Positions 13,677 to 28,038 are shown, numbered from the stretch's first letter. The stretch: 64,000 bases of DNA from Octopus sinensis (GCF_006345805.1 NC_042999.1:16306001-16370000); one strand, 5' to 3'. Notes: a model not told the origin generated them from the letters alone. Translations and numbers: made by a program.

Positions 13677-14246
13677 ATCTATTAAATCCTCTTCCAAGAC
13701 TTTGGTCAGTCCATATGTCTTTTTAAAGCTATTCTCCTTACTCTCTTTCGGCTTTCAGAAATTGCCCTGCAATTGAAAATACATTCTACTTTAGAAATAG
13801 AAATGCTGATTTGTTCCTCTGGTTTGAATTTTAATTACTATGGTGACAGAAGAGGGAAAAGAAAAGAGTGTAGAGCTTGAAAAGACAAAGAGTGAAAAGA
13901 AACAAGTCAGAAAAGAAAAGTGGTTTGCTTCATAAAATGCCAAAGAGAATCAACAGGAATTTTAAAAGAATGACAGAATTTATCCAAAAATATAATTTGT
14001 AGCTTTGTGAAGAGAAGAAAGAACTGGTGATGATCCTTGGTGGAGGTATGGGGGATTGTAAGAAGAGATGATGAAGGAATATGGTTGGGAAGAAGGAAGA
14101 GGAAATGGAGATGGGACAGGATTGAGAACAAGGTGAAAGGGTGGGTTATATGAGGGAATTGCCTAAATCTCTCTCTCTGCCTGTCTATCTGTCTGTCTGT
14201 CTGCCTGTCAATTGATCTATCTGTCTGTCTGTCTGTCTGTCTGTCC

Positions 14247-14283
<37 letters not shown>

Positions 14284-14761
14284 ATCTATCTATCTATCTA
14301 TCTATTTATCTATCTATCAATCTATCTATCTATCTGTCCGTCTGTCCATCTGCTTGCTTGCCTGCCTGCTTGTTTCTGTCTGTCTATCTATCTATCGATA
14401 TACACACATGCACATATCCATCCATCTTTTATCTTCTCTTGTACTTGTGTCAGTCATTAGACTGTAGCCATTCTGGGGCACTGCCTTGGAGAATTTTTAG
14501 TCAATGAAAAGCACAGAACTTATTGTCTTAAACCTGAACCACCAAGTTATAGGGATGTATATATACATACAAACATACATACATACATATATATATATCA
14601 TCATCATCATCGTTTAACGTCCGCTATATATGTATATATATATATATGTATATATATGCAGGCGTGGCTGTGTGGCACCTTGGGCAAGTGTCTTCTATTA
14701 TAGCCTCAGGCCAACCAAAGCCTTGTCGGAAAACTGAAAGAATACCATCATATATTATATA

Positions 14762-14805
<44 letters not shown>

Positions 14806-14819
14806 GTATATTATATCTA

Positions 14820-15180
14820 TGCGTGTGTGTGTCTTTGTGTCTGGTTGTCAACCAGTGATGGGAAGACAAAGACAGTGTTTGTGTGTTTACATCTCTGTAA
14901 GAGTAAGCACCAGGCTTGCAGAACATAAGTCCAACTGTCGATTTCTTTGACTAAAAGGCATTGCTCCACATGGCCCAGTCAAATGACTGAAACAAGTAGA
15001 AGCATAAAAGAATAAAGGAAAATAAACTGCAGCCCTCATAACTGGTAGGCAAGTATGGCTTGGCACCAAATAGCATGATTTTGGCAACCGTAGCTGTTCA
15101 TGTAATCATCAGCGGAGAATGAACTCCTTTCCCTCTCACCACCTGTCCTTGGCATAGGAGAACACGCAGACTGTTACAGT

Positions 15181-15220
<40 letters not shown>

Positions 15221-16331
15221 AAGAGAGTGAGGGAGAGAGAGGATAAGGTTGCTTGAGTAACCAGTTTGTAGTCATTACAGTGGAGTAGACCTGAGCAATG
15301 AGAAATAAAGTGTTTTACTGAATGTTACACTGACAGGAATTGAACCGACAGTCTTGTAATTACGAGCCAAATGCTTTAAACGCTAGGCCACAAACGTTCA
15401 ATCCCTTGATATGAATTATTATTAAATTGATTGTGGGGAAAGAAAATGCGACTTTTCCTTCACGCAGCTTAAATATGATATGATGTGGTGTGATATGATA
15501 AGATATAATATAATGTAACGAAATATGGTATAGTATAATATAGTATAATATATAAATCTCTACCACTTCATATATATTTGCTATACCTTGCAGGCATATT
15601 TATTTCCAAAATTTCGAAAAATAATTAAATAATAAATATTTACATAAAATTTGAAATTCTGCAGTAATTTATTCAAAGAGAAAGAGGGAGAGGCACAGAG
15701 TGACAGAGGAAGAGAGATTGAGAGAAAGAGAAAGAGAAAGAGAGTTAGAGAGAGAGAAATAAGTTGAGAGAAGAGGGATATGGAGAAAGTAATGTGAATA
15801 CAGAGAGTATATATTTATATATAATATGTGATATATATATGTGTATATACATATATATAATATCTATATATCCATCTATCTATCTACCTCTCTATATATA
15901 TGTAATCTATCTATCTATCTATCTATAATATATATATATATATATATAATATACATATGTATATATATCTATGGTGTGTGTCTTTGTGTCTGGTTGTCAA
16001 CCAGTGATGGGAAGACAAAGACAGTGTTGGTGTGTTTACATCTCTGTAAGAGTAAGCACCAGGCTTGCAGAACATAAGTCCAACTGTCGATTTCTTTGAC
16101 TAAAAGGCATTGCTCCAGCATGGCCACAGTCAAATGACTGAAACAAGTAGAAGCATAAAAGAATAAAGGAAAATAAACTGCAGCCCTCATAACTGGTAGG
16201 CAAGTATGGCTTGGCACCAAATAGCATGATTTTGGCAACCGTAGCTGTTCATGTAATCATCAGCGGAGAATGAACTCCTTTCCCTCTCACCACCTGTCCT
16301 TGGCATAGGAGAACACGCAGACTGTTACAGT

Positions 16332-16371
<40 letters not shown>

Positions 16372-17060
16372 AAGAGAGTGAGGGAGAGAGAGGATAAGGT
16401 TGCTTGAGTAACCAGTTTGTAGTCATTACAGTGGAGTAGACCTGAGCAATGAGAAATAAAGTGTTTTACTGAATGTTACACTGACAGGAATTGAACCGAC
16501 AGTCTTGTAATTACGAGCCAAATGCTTTAAACGCTAGGCCACAAACGTTCAATCCCTTGATATGAATTATTATTAAATTGATTGGTGGGGAAAGAAAATG
16601 CGACTTTTCCTTCACGCAGCTTAAATATGATATGATGTGGTGTGATATGATAAGATATAATATAATGTAACGAAATATGGTATAGTATAATATAGTATAA
16701 TATATAAATCTCTACCACTTCATATATATTTGCTATACCTTGCAGGCATATTTATTTCCAAAATTTTGAAAAAATAATTAAATAATGAATATTTACATAA
16801 AATTTGAAATACTGCAGTAATTTATTCAAAGAGAAAGAGGGAGAGGCACAGAGTGACAGAGGAAGAGAGAGTGAGAGAAAGAGAAAGAGAAGTTAAGTTG
16901 AGAGAAAAGGGATATGGAGAGAAGTAATGTGAATACAGAGAGTATATATTTATATATATATATGTGTATATATATATGTGTATATACATATATATATATA
17001 TATATATATCCATCTATCTATCTACCTCTCTATATATATGTTATGTCATCTATCTATCCT
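14820..17060. repeat. ~1.15-kb tandem duplication
   Basis: ctggttgtcaaccag at 14841 and 15990; tgatgagaga at 15181 and 16332. Confidence 0.95.
15250..15400 (-). mobile_element. Decayed tRNA-headed (CORE-like) SINE; duplicated at ~16400-16550
   Basis: Minus strand tggcctagcgtttaaag (A box-like) and ggttcaattcc (B box). Confidence 0.5.
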
Positions 17061-17102
17061 ATCTAATAATATATATATATTATATGTGTATATATATATA
17101 CA

Positions 17103-17152
<50 letters not shown>

Positions 17153-17153
17153 C

Positions 17154-17204
<51 letters not shown>

Positions 17205-17246
17205 TCTATGTATATATGTATATATATGTATATATATATATGTGTA

Positions 17247-17284
<38 letters not shown>

Positions 17285-17356
17285 TATATAGATATATATA
17301 TATATATAATATCATATATATATATATTATATATATGTATATATATACATATATAT

Positions 17357-17390
<34 letters not shown>

Positions 17391-18524
17391 ACATACTGAT
17401 AGAATTAAAAGAGGGAATGAAGCAAGGGGCTTTGGGCAGAGAGACGTGGGTTCTGGGATAGAGAGAAGCTGTTAAGAGTGGATGAATTACGCGATGTTCC
17501 CCTAAGGTATCCTCAAGACAATAAATCAAGATAGAATAAAATTTGGTGCAGCCTATCATAACGAAATCAAGATTTATTATTGTTAAATTTCTATGTCATG
17601 CTGCCTGAAGCAGTAGCTAAGGTAAACTTTAAATTGAAAGGATACCCATCCATATATGCATGCATACATACATACATACATACATATGCACATATTATAT
17701 ATATATACACACATACATATATATATATACTTATATATACATGTATACACACATATATACATATATATATATATACACAAACACATATATATATATCTAC
17801 ATACATACACACACACACATATATATATATACATACCTACCTACATATAAACATATATATATATAGGTAGATAGATATAAATATATGAATGTATATATGT
17901 GTGTATATATATATTTACACACACACACACACATATATATATATACACACACTCAGATGTATATATATACATATTCTTATATATATATATACATACATAT
18001 ATATGTATATGTACATATATATATATTCATATATATATATATATATATGAACATATATGTATATATACATAATACAAGTATACATATGTACATACATATA
18101 TTCACCACCACCATCACCCCCCCCCCACCACCATCACATCATCATCATCATCATAATCATCATCATCATCATAATCATCATTATCATCATAATGATCATC
18201 ATCATCAACAACAACAACACTGCCATTGTTTGCGTGAATTTGTCTCCCTAATGAAGGTCCACTGACGACCAACTGAAGCATCAACTATCGAATGAAACAC
18301 TATTTCTTAATTGAAAGGATCAAATTTTTCAGAGGATGGTATAATGGCTGTTGGGTTTAGAGGCTTGCTTTGCAAACATGCAAATACGAAGATTTTGGGT
18401 TCTGTCCCACTGAATGGCACCTTGAGCAAGTGTCTTCTATTACAGATACTGGTTGAGCAATGCTTTCAGAATGAATTTGGTACATGGAAACTGTGTGGAA
18501 TCCAATAGTGTATATACATACATA

Positions 18525-18945
18525 TATTATATATTATTATTATTATTGTTATTGAGTGAGAGAGCAGTGCATGCCATCAAAGTGACACTGGGGTAAAAAT
18601 ATACAAAGCCCAGTATACCCATCATGACTACTCATCTGATAAGGGTACACCAGGCACATGCATCACGACCATATGTGCATGACATGGTGATCTCATATCA
18701 AGATAAACAGCGTATGACCTTGCAGTGGGGCCCAGTTAGAATTTTGTTCTGGTCAAGTAGCTCATCCTGCTCAAAAGGTCCCTGAATAAGGATTGTTTAA
18801 GGATGTTGAACAAAACACCCATGTTTGAAAAGGTAAATTATTGAAACCTCTAAGAATTCCTTTCAACATATGGTTGTGATGCTCCCCCACTACTTCTGCT
18901 CGTGATCAGAGATGCATATATCGTCAGCCACTAAGGGACATGATG
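18525..18945 (-). mobile_element. Interspersed repeat, probable non-LTR retroelement 3' end with an (AAT)n tail
   Basis: Higher-GC block starting at a (TAT)n tract; no intact ORF. Confidence 0.35.
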
Positions 18946-19085
18946 CCTGATGAAGACTGGAGGGTATAACAGCGGAAACGTTGTGCTAACAAGAAACAAG
19001 ATGAGGACAAATATCCGTCAAATGTAAATAATGTAAATAATGTAAATAATGTACATAATTCCTCATCTCTTAAATATAGAACTAA
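18945..19085 (+). mobile_element. Short repeat with a decayed HHR-like motif
   Basis: CTGATGA (18947-18953)-agactg...cagcg-GAAA (18975-18978)-cgtt, followed by (aatgtaaat)x3. Confidence 0.45.
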
Positions 19086-19112
19086 TATTATGATACATTA
19101 AATACATTATAA

Positions 19113-19320
19113 TCATCATCATCATCATCGTTTAATGTCTGCTTTCCTTGCTTTCATGGGTTGGATAATTTGACTGAGGACTGGCAAACCTGATGGCTGC
19201 ACCAGACTCCAATCTGACCTGGCAGAGTTTCTACAGCTCGATGCCCTTCCTAATGCCAACCACTCCAAGAGTGTGCTATTTGCTGTAGCCCAGCAAAGAG
19301 TGGGTACTTTTACGTGCCAC
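19113..19320 (-). mobile_element. Family C element, truncated
   Basis: (CAT)n tail and gatgcccttcctaatgccaacc. Confidence 0.8.
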
Positions 19321-20115
19321 CTGCATAGGTGGATAAAGCAACTGAAAACCAAAGTACATAAATAAGGATGCAAAAATAGCACCTACAATTGCTAGAAATA
19401 AGAGCTAAAAACTATAACTCAAATAGCCACACAAAATCGCTAACCTTATGTGATGTTTAAAGGGACTGCAAACAGCAAGCCATAACATCTTACTTCAGCA
19501 GGATAAAACTCACTGAATCAAATAATTTGATGCATACATAATTAACTGTCTTCATTTGTTGCTTGTAATGCAATTAAGAATGAAGAATTTATAAGTAATT
19601 CATGAAAAAACGAGAATAATAATTAAGGTAAGATTTATTGCAAATTTTAACTTTTTGGAATAGATTCTTAACTAAAGAAATATCTAGAGGAAGTTTGTCT
19701 GCGATTTAAAAATTTCTTTAAGATTTGAAATGAAGATAGAAGATAATCTTTGTAGAATAACTGAAAGGCTTTTAAATTTTTTTCTTTAAATGATTCTGCT
19801 TCAATATTCTACTGTATGTAAAGAGTTTGTCTGCATATGGAAGTTTGGTTGAATATTTGTCGTCAAGGAAATAAATAATTAAAGTATGAAATCCAGATTA
19901 GAGATCGGATATACATATATGTTTTTGTTTATTTTTTTTTATTTAATTTTCGAATTTGAAAGAAAGTGGAAATTTATTTAATTTTCTAGAATACGTAAAC
20001 GTTTCAAAATTGAAAGAATTTTTTTTGCGTCGGGGAGGGGGGGAAAGATAATGAATTAGTTTAGAATATTAAACATATGAATCTGAAGAGAATTAAAGGA
20101 AGGTAATTGCATTTA

Positions 20116-20129
20116 TGATGACAATGACA

Positions 20130-20179
<50 letters not shown>

Positions 20180-20193
20180 AATGATGATGATGG

Positions 20194-20236
<43 letters not shown>

Positions 20237-20365
20237 CATGATCATGATCATAGTGATGATGATGGTGATGATGATAGTGATGATGATGACATTGATGATG
20301 ATGATGACACCAATTACAATGATGACAATGGTAATGATAATGGTGATGGTGATGATGATGATGAT
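20116..20365. repeat. (GAT)n microsatellite; a further degenerate tract lies at 20780-21045
   Basis: Direct reading. Confidence 0.95.
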
Positions 20366-20367
20366 AC

Positions 20368-20772
20368 TCTTTACTCTTTTACTCTTTTACTTGTTTCAGT
20401 CATTTGGCTGTGGCCATGCTGGAGCACTGCCTTTAGTCAAGCACATCGACCACAGGACTTATTCTTTTGTAAGCCTAGTACTTTTTCTATTGGTCTCTTT
20501 TGCTGAACCGCTAAGTTACGGGCATGTAAACGCACCAGCACCGGCTGTCAAGCGATGTTGGGGGGGGGGGGACAAACAGACACACAAACACACATATATA
20601 CATATACATATATACAACGGGCTTCTTTCAGTTTCTGTCTGCCAAATCCACTCACAAGGCTTTGGTCGGCCCGAGGCTATAGTAGAAGACACTTGCCCAA
20701 GGTGCTATACAGTGGGACTGAACCTGGAACCATGTGGTTTGTAAGCAAGCTACTTACCACACAGCCACTCCT
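20368..20772 (-). mobile_element. SINE family A, full length
   Basis: Close to the consensus of the other copies. Confidence 0.9.
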
Positions 20773-20973
20773 GATGATGATTATGATGATGGCGATGCTG
20801 CTGCTACTGATGATGATGACAATGATTATGATTGTGGTAATGCTAACAACAGCACTGATTGTCCACTGGTAATAATGTTGATGACAGCTATTAGGATGAG
20901 AAGGAGGAGGAGGAGGAGGAGGAGGAGAAAGGGGAGGATGGGACAACAATGATGGTGATAATGGAGATGATGC

Positions 20974-21009
<36 letters not shown>

Positions 21010-21615
21010 CAACGATGACGACAACAACGATGATGACGACGACGTGATGTTGACAGTGCTGTGTTGACAAATGACGATATGTAATTAATTATCTTCTCTA
21101 AATATTTTCCCCAATTAAAAATTTCTATCAGCCATTCGTCTGTTGGTTGAGTTCAATATTTGTCACAAGATTAGGTATTGTTGCAAAATATAAATATAGA
21201 AATATTAATTTTTCTTTTCCTTGCAGTCATGTCAACAAACGGTATCTGATTAATTCTTTGACGACTTCTGTGTATTTTCCATAGAACTGTCTTGTGAATT
21301 CCAAGTGTTATTTCCTCCTACTTTTCTGTTGCTTTCCTGCCAATGTAATTTTGCATGATACCACCATATTGGTTACATACAAACAAGTTTGTTACACCTG
21401 CCTGGTTATTCAGAACATGAAAATACTGGAAAAATATCCATAAAGAATTTTGTCCAATATTTTAGCATCCCTGCCAGTCCACCACTCGGAATTGGTACTT
21501 TATGTTACCAAACACCAGAAGATTAAAGGGCAAAGTTCATCTTTGTCGAATTTGAAGTCAAAAACATAAAGAGACAGAACAAATATTACAAGGGATAGAT
21601 ATATTTTAAACAATA

Positions 21616-22215
21616 TTTCTTTCTTTCTTGCCCAGAGGGCGCTAAACATAGAGGATACAAACAAAGACAGACAAAGGGTTTAAGTCGATTACATCGACCC
21701 CAGTGCATAACTGGTACTTATTTAATCTACCCCGAAAGGAAGAAAGGCAAAGTTGACCTTGGTGGAGTTTGAACTCAGACTGTAACAGCAGACGAAATAC
21801 GTATTTCTTTACTATCCACAAGGGGCTAAACACAGAGAGGGCAAACAAGGAGAGACGAACGGATTAAGTCGATTACATTGACTCCAGTGTGTAATTGGTA
21901 CTTATTTAATCTACCCCAAAAGGATGAAAGGCAAAGTCGACCTCGGCGGAGTTTGAGCTCAGACTGTAATGGCAGAGGAAATACCTATTTCTTTACTACC
22001 CACAAGGGGCTAAACACAGAGAATACAAACAAGGACAGACAAATGGATTAAGTCAATTATATCGACCCCAGTGCATAACTGGTACTTATTTAATTGACCC
22101 CTAAAGGATGAAAGGCAAAGTCGACCTTGGTGGAGTTTGAACTCAGACCATAGCAGCAGATGAAATACTGCTGAGAAATTTGCCCGGCATGCTAACAATT
22201 CTGCCAGCTCGCCAC
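21616..22215 (-). mobile_element. SINE family B with three tandem ~184-bp monomers and one head
   Basis: tatttcttt junctions at about 21616, 21802 and 21986; head ctgccagctcgccacc at about 22200-22215. Confidence 0.85.
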
Positions 22216-22244
22216 CTTAATAAATATATTTTGAAAAATATTGC

Positions 22245-22575
22245 ATAGGCATGGGTGTGGTGGTGTGATTAAGATATTTGCTTCCCAACCACATGCTTCC
22301 AGGTTCAGTCCCACTGCATGGCATATTGGACAAGCATCTTTTACTCTTGACCAAAATCTTGTGAGTGGATTTGGGATAGATAGAAACTAAAAGAAGCCTG
22401 TTATGCGTATTTGTGTGCATGCGAGCATGTGTGTGTGGTGTGTGTGTGGACTTTGCTTTTCATCCTTTTGGGATCGATAAATTAAGTGCCAGTTGCATAC
22501 TGGGGTCGATCTAATCAACTAGCCCCATCCTCTCCAAAAATTTCGGGCCATGTGCCTAGAGTAAAAAAGAATATT
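22245..22575 (+). mobile_element. Chimeric SINE: family A head plus family B (Nin-like) 3' half
   Basis: ttcagtcccactgcatggc head, then ctttgcttttcatccttttgggatcgataaattaagtgccag. Confidence 0.65.
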
Positions 22576-22898
22576 TATATGTGTGTATATCTGTGTGTGT
22601 TGGTGTATGTCAAGCAACATGGCTGGAGTTTGAAGTTTAGCAATTAATAAGAAGTTTCTATTCCCCAAACTATTACACAAAGTTAAACCTCTTTGTACTT
22701 CTTGTACTCTACCAAGGTTATATAAAAAAGAAGAGAAACAATACAGAATACAGCTCAATATTGTTTCACTTTATTTTATCTTCTTTCATTTCCCCACTTT
22801 ATTGAATCTTATGCTGTTTTATTTTATTCTGTTTTATTCTATTTCTTCTCATCTTCTTTCCTACCCATCTTATTAATGGCATTACCCTGTTATCTTAC

Positions 22899-22947
<49 letters not shown>

Positions 22948-22974
22948 GTATGTATATATGTATATATATATGTA

Positions 22975-23033
<59 letters not shown>

Positions 23034-23937
23034 ATATATGTGTGTGTGTGTGTTTAAATGTTATCAATTTCTTTTTTAAAGCCAAAACAATGCAACTTAT
23101 TAGAAATAATATAAGTTAATGGTTTGTAATTTTACTTTATATTTCAATATATTAAGGTTAGGACCACTTCTTCCCTACCACCACAATAACACACACACAC
23201 ACAGACACACAATTATCCATACACATACACATGCATATTTACAGAGAAAGAGAAAGAGAAAGAGAGAAAAGACATGAGAGAGAGAGATTGATTGTTTGTT
23301 ATATATATTTTTGTTTAATTTTCTTTTTTTCAAAACATTCAAATAAGTAGTCATTTCGTTTCTTCCATACATAATTTATTTTTTTTAATAAGAAATATTG
23401 GCACATTTTCATTTTCCTGGTCCCATGAAAGTGTAAATAGTCATCTTGTCAGAAGTTGGTGTTTTTCTCAATCAAAATTTGTGTTTTTTATTTGCCAAAT
23501 AAACAAGTAAAAATTTATTTTTGATGGAAGGTGGGGAAGTGAGTATAATTTTGATGAATATCATGTTTTCTGTCCAATAATTTCTCAGTTTGATGATTTG
23601 TGCAAGAGATAGATTTCTTTAGGAAAATACATTTGCAAAGGCAATTCCTTAAGACAGATTCATGATATTTGAAGAGAAGAAATTCCCCTTATAGACAACA
23701 TAAGTGTTAAGTTTACACTTTACACTTGAAGTGTAAAGTGGCTCTCAACCAAGGCCATGTGATACTTGGTGGAAATCGATATAAGATCTTGTTAAAATTT
23801 ATCTGCAGTAAATTAGTTATACATTTGCAATGCACAAAATATTTAAACAATTCTTTTATACAATTCATAATAATATATTTATTTATTTATTTCGATTTTG
23901 AATTGAAATAGATAAATAAATGTATTTTTATGAATAT

Positions 23938-24350
23938 GAATCGAAATCGAAATCAAATTCGATGACTGGCATTCGTGCCAGTGGAGCGCTAAGAGTACCA
24001 TCCGAACATGATCGTTGCCAGAGCAGCAAACTGGCTTCCATGCTGGTGGCACGTAAAAAGCACCATTCAAGCGTGATCGTTACCAGCGTCGCCTACTAGC
24101 ACTTGTGCCAGTGACACATGAAAAACATTCGTGCGAGGTCGTTGTCAGTGCCGCTGGAGTGGATCCTGTGCAGATGGCACGTAAAAATTTGAGCGTGGCC
24201 GTTGCCAGTACCACCTGACAGGCCCTCTCGTGTCAGTGGCACGTAAAAGCACCCACTACACTCTCGGAGTGGTTGTTGGGAAGGGCAAACTGTCCAACCC
24301 ATGCTAACATGGACAGCAGACGTTAAACAACGACGATGATGATGATGATG
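23938..24350 (+). mobile_element. Family C element with a long subrepeat array
   Basis: aatcgaaatcgaaatcaaattcg start, repeated gcacgtaaaaagcacc, (GAT)n tail. Confidence 0.8.
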
Positions 24351-24449
24351 AGTCAGAACAGGTTGAAAAATTTCGAGAAACTTCTAAGAGTTGCCTCCCT
24401 TTTTACTATTGTATGGAAAGCAGACGTTAAACGACGATGATGATGATGA

Positions 24450-25100
24450 AATTACCATTAATAAGATGTCTGTTTATAGCCACGAAACATTTTTCGTCAA
24501 ATTTTTCAAAATTTAAAATCTATATTAATGGGTAGGACCAATTTGATGAAAAATCAGCACAGTCTGGTAGCGAACCAGTATGGTCGTCATTTTTGTGCAT
24601 GTACTTAAAATGGGGAAATTTTACGCTTTGGGGCAGATTTCGTCAAATTGATGTCACGATGGCTAGTGCACAAAATGCCTAAATTTCGCTGGAGAAATAA
24701 AATGGTCTTACCTAATAAAAACATGAAATGTTGGAGAATTCAAACAACGAATTGAAACAATAAAGTCTTAGAAAATCAAAGCAATTCACATTGAAATGAA
24801 GAATTAGCAAATGCTAAATAGATTACCATTAGTAAGCTGTCTGTTTAAACCCATGAAACATTTTTTATTAAATTTTGGCCTTTTTCGTCAAATTGATGTT
24901 ACGGTGGCTAGTGGGAAAATGCCAAAATTTTACGATTTTTAAAAAATAGATGCTGATTAAAAATCGATTTCAAAAAAAATTCCAAGTGGGCATAAGCATG
25001 GGCATAAGCCTCCCACACGTGTCAAGTTTCATCAAGGTCTTGGAGGAATTGAACTAACAAATTCACAAACACACAAACTTGCCATTTATTATTATAGGTT
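24450..25100 (+). mobile_element. Helitron/Helentron-like non-autonomous element with an internal duplication
   Basis: attacca..aag.tgtctgttta block at ~24451 and ~24822; end gtgtcaagtttcatcaag...acaaacacacaaacttgccatttattattatag. Confidence 0.4.
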
Positions 25101-25139
25101 ATATTATTTTCACTCTGTCTATTATGAAAATTTCTTCTC

Positions 25140-25577
25140 TCTCTTTTTACTCTTTTACTCTTTTACTTGTTTCAGTCATTTGACTGTGGCCAAGCTGGAG
25201 CACTGCATTCAATCGAGCAAATCGACCCCAGGAATTATTCTTTGTAAGCCTGGGACTTATTCTATCAGTCTCTTTTGCCGAACCGCTAAGTTAACGGGGA
25301 CGTAAACACACCAGCATCTGTTGCCAAGCGATGTTGGAGGGACAAACACAGACACACAAACATCTACACGCACATACATATTCATACATACATATATCTA
25401 TATACATACATATATACGACATGCTTCTTTCCGTTTCCGTCTACCAAATCCACTCACAAGGCTTTGGTCAGCCCTAGATTATAGTAGAAGACACTTGCCC
25501 AAGGAGCCATGCAGTGGGACTGAACCCGGAACCATGTGGTTGGTAAGCAAGCTACTTACCACACAGCCACTCCTACG
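25140..25577 (-). mobile_element. SINE family A, full length
   Basis: Close to consensus. Confidence 0.9.
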
Positions 25578-26599
25578 CCTAAGAAATCTCTCAAGACAAT
25601 CTGTTCAGTGTATTGTCTTTCCATGTCCTAATATACACGAACATGTTAAATATAACTACAAATAACTATATTTCACTCACTGCTGCTTTGTGTACCTCTC
25701 TCTATATATATGCACATACACACACAACACACACATATACACATACATAAACCACATATGCACATATGTATATACATATATATATACATATATGTAGTTC
25801 AAATTTATAGAAAAAAACAAAGTCAAAAACAGGTATAGGAACAAGCAAGTGTACCAGTTTGACGTTTAGGATAAACGTAAAAGTCTTTTCCATTTCAAGC
25901 CTACACTCTTCTACAGAAAGGTATAAGAGCAAATAAATAGAGAGAGAATGGGAAAAAAACGGTCCAACATATATCCCTATTCCTCTCCTGTTCCCTTCAC
26001 CGTTTCCTCTCTCTCTCTCACTCTTCCTCCTTGACTCTCTCATTGCTCACACGTGACCAACGGCTATCTATCTTTCTCTCTTCCACTTCCTTCCTAAAGA
26101 CAAGACATGCTTTTGCCTGTCTCTTCTGAAAGCTCGTTTTTTGAGTATTCACCACTTTGCATTGTCTTGGCTTAACAGTCCTCACCGTTTGTTTTTACTG
26201 TTTTCTTCTTACTGTCCTATTTTTGTTACCATTTTTAACCCTCTGCAAAACATCTTAAATTTTATTTAATTTGCTTAGCCTGAAGTACTGTTTTAACAAA
26301 GTCACGTCTTGCCCGTACCTTTGAAACGCAGAGTAGATAAAACAGGGGACAACTGATGAACGGTATGTTCTTTATGTTGCCCGTCCCGTTTCTCTATTTG
26401 TTTCTTTCGGTGTTCGAAAAAACTTTTCAGTTTCTGTTTTTTTATGTTCTCGTTTCTCATTTCGTTCACGTTCTTTTGATGTCTGTATACATATATGCAT
26501 GTTTATATACATATATATGTAGGTATGTACATATATGTATGTATATATGCATATATGCATATATTTATATATTATTTATATTATTAGATATATATACAT

Positions 26600-26634
<35 letters not shown>

Positions 26635-26841
26635 TATATATATATGATATATATATATAAAGTGTTCGTCTTCTATGTTTTCGTTTCTTATGTTCTCGTT
26701 CCTCATTTTGTCTACGTCTTTATGATGTCCTGTACCCATATATGCATGCATATATATACATATATATGTAGGTATGTACATATATGTATGCATATATGCA
26801 TATATTTATATATTGTTTATATTCTAATTCTTTATTATATT

Positions 26842-26887
<46 letters not shown>

Positions 26888-26934
26888 ATATATATATGTG
26901 TATATATATATATATATTATGTATGTATATATAT

Positions 26935-26977
<43 letters not shown>

Positions 26978-27036
26978 ATATATATATATATATATAGATA
27001 TATATATATATACATATATATATATGTATGTATATA

Positions 27037-27076
<40 letters not shown>

Positions 27077-27078
27077 TA

Positions 27079-27126
<48 letters not shown>

Positions 27127-27149
27127 AGAGAGAGAATGAGAAGGAGAGA

Positions 27150-27362
27150 GAGATCTGGTAGCTACTTGTACAAAGCCAGCAAGTTGAATTGGTTTGTTGA
27201 GTACAGCAGCTAGAAATTATTGTAATAAATATCTTTACTTGGTCTTCAATATTGGAAAACATATGGCGATGGGGGTGATAACGATCAAGATTATATTTAT
27301 TTTGCAAAGGCTGCATATCGAGATGATGATGATGATGATGATGATGATGGTGATGATGGTGG

Positions 27363-27397
<35 letters not shown>

Positions 27398-27540
27398 GTG
27401 ATGACGACTACGATAACGACGAGGAGAAGGATGTTTGGATAAAAGGAGTTTTTAAAGTAGGGGTTAATTTATCTGATGAAGAACTTGCTGACGTTAATCA
27501 TAAACAAAGTATAAACAAAATAAAATTAGCCAATCAATAA
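27150..27540 (+). pseudogene. Decayed coding fragment paralogous to 33000-34046, interrupted by (GAT)n
   Basis: [17 protein letters not shown], frameshift, [23 protein letters not shown]-(D)n-...[12 protein letters not shown] / LSDEELAD; DNA-level match to the minus strand at 33.0-33.75 kb. Confidence 0.6.
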
Positions 27541-27978
27541 AGCTATATGTAGATGTATGTTTGTGTGTGTGTCTGTGTATGTGTGCATTTGGGTGTTTAT
27601 GTGTGTGTTGCTGTATGTGCATGTGTGCGTTTGGGTGTTTATGTGTGTGTGTATGTGTGTGTATTTACATATGTGTAGGTGCTTGTGTCTATGTATGTTT
27701 CTATGGTGAAGCATACGAGTTGAGATATATTTATCCGATTTCATGTTGATTCTTATCATACTTCCAAATGGAGTTGAATACCAAACAGATTAATTTTCCC
27801 TAATAAGTGTACTGACAAAACATTCACAGAAGAAGTGCCATGCATACATACATGCATGCATACATAAATACATACATACATACATACATACATACATAAA
27901 TACATACATATACATACGTACATACACACACACACATATATATATATATGTATGTATGTATGTATGTATATATATATG

Positions 27979-28038
<60 letters not shown>

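Noticed and set aside
15085-15120. CTGATGA on the minus strand (also at ~16255)
   Set aside because: No stem II and only GAAC; compatible with chance
21238-21252. Possible microexon after ttttcttttccttgcag
   Set aside because: The donor (GTATCT) is weak and there is no gene context
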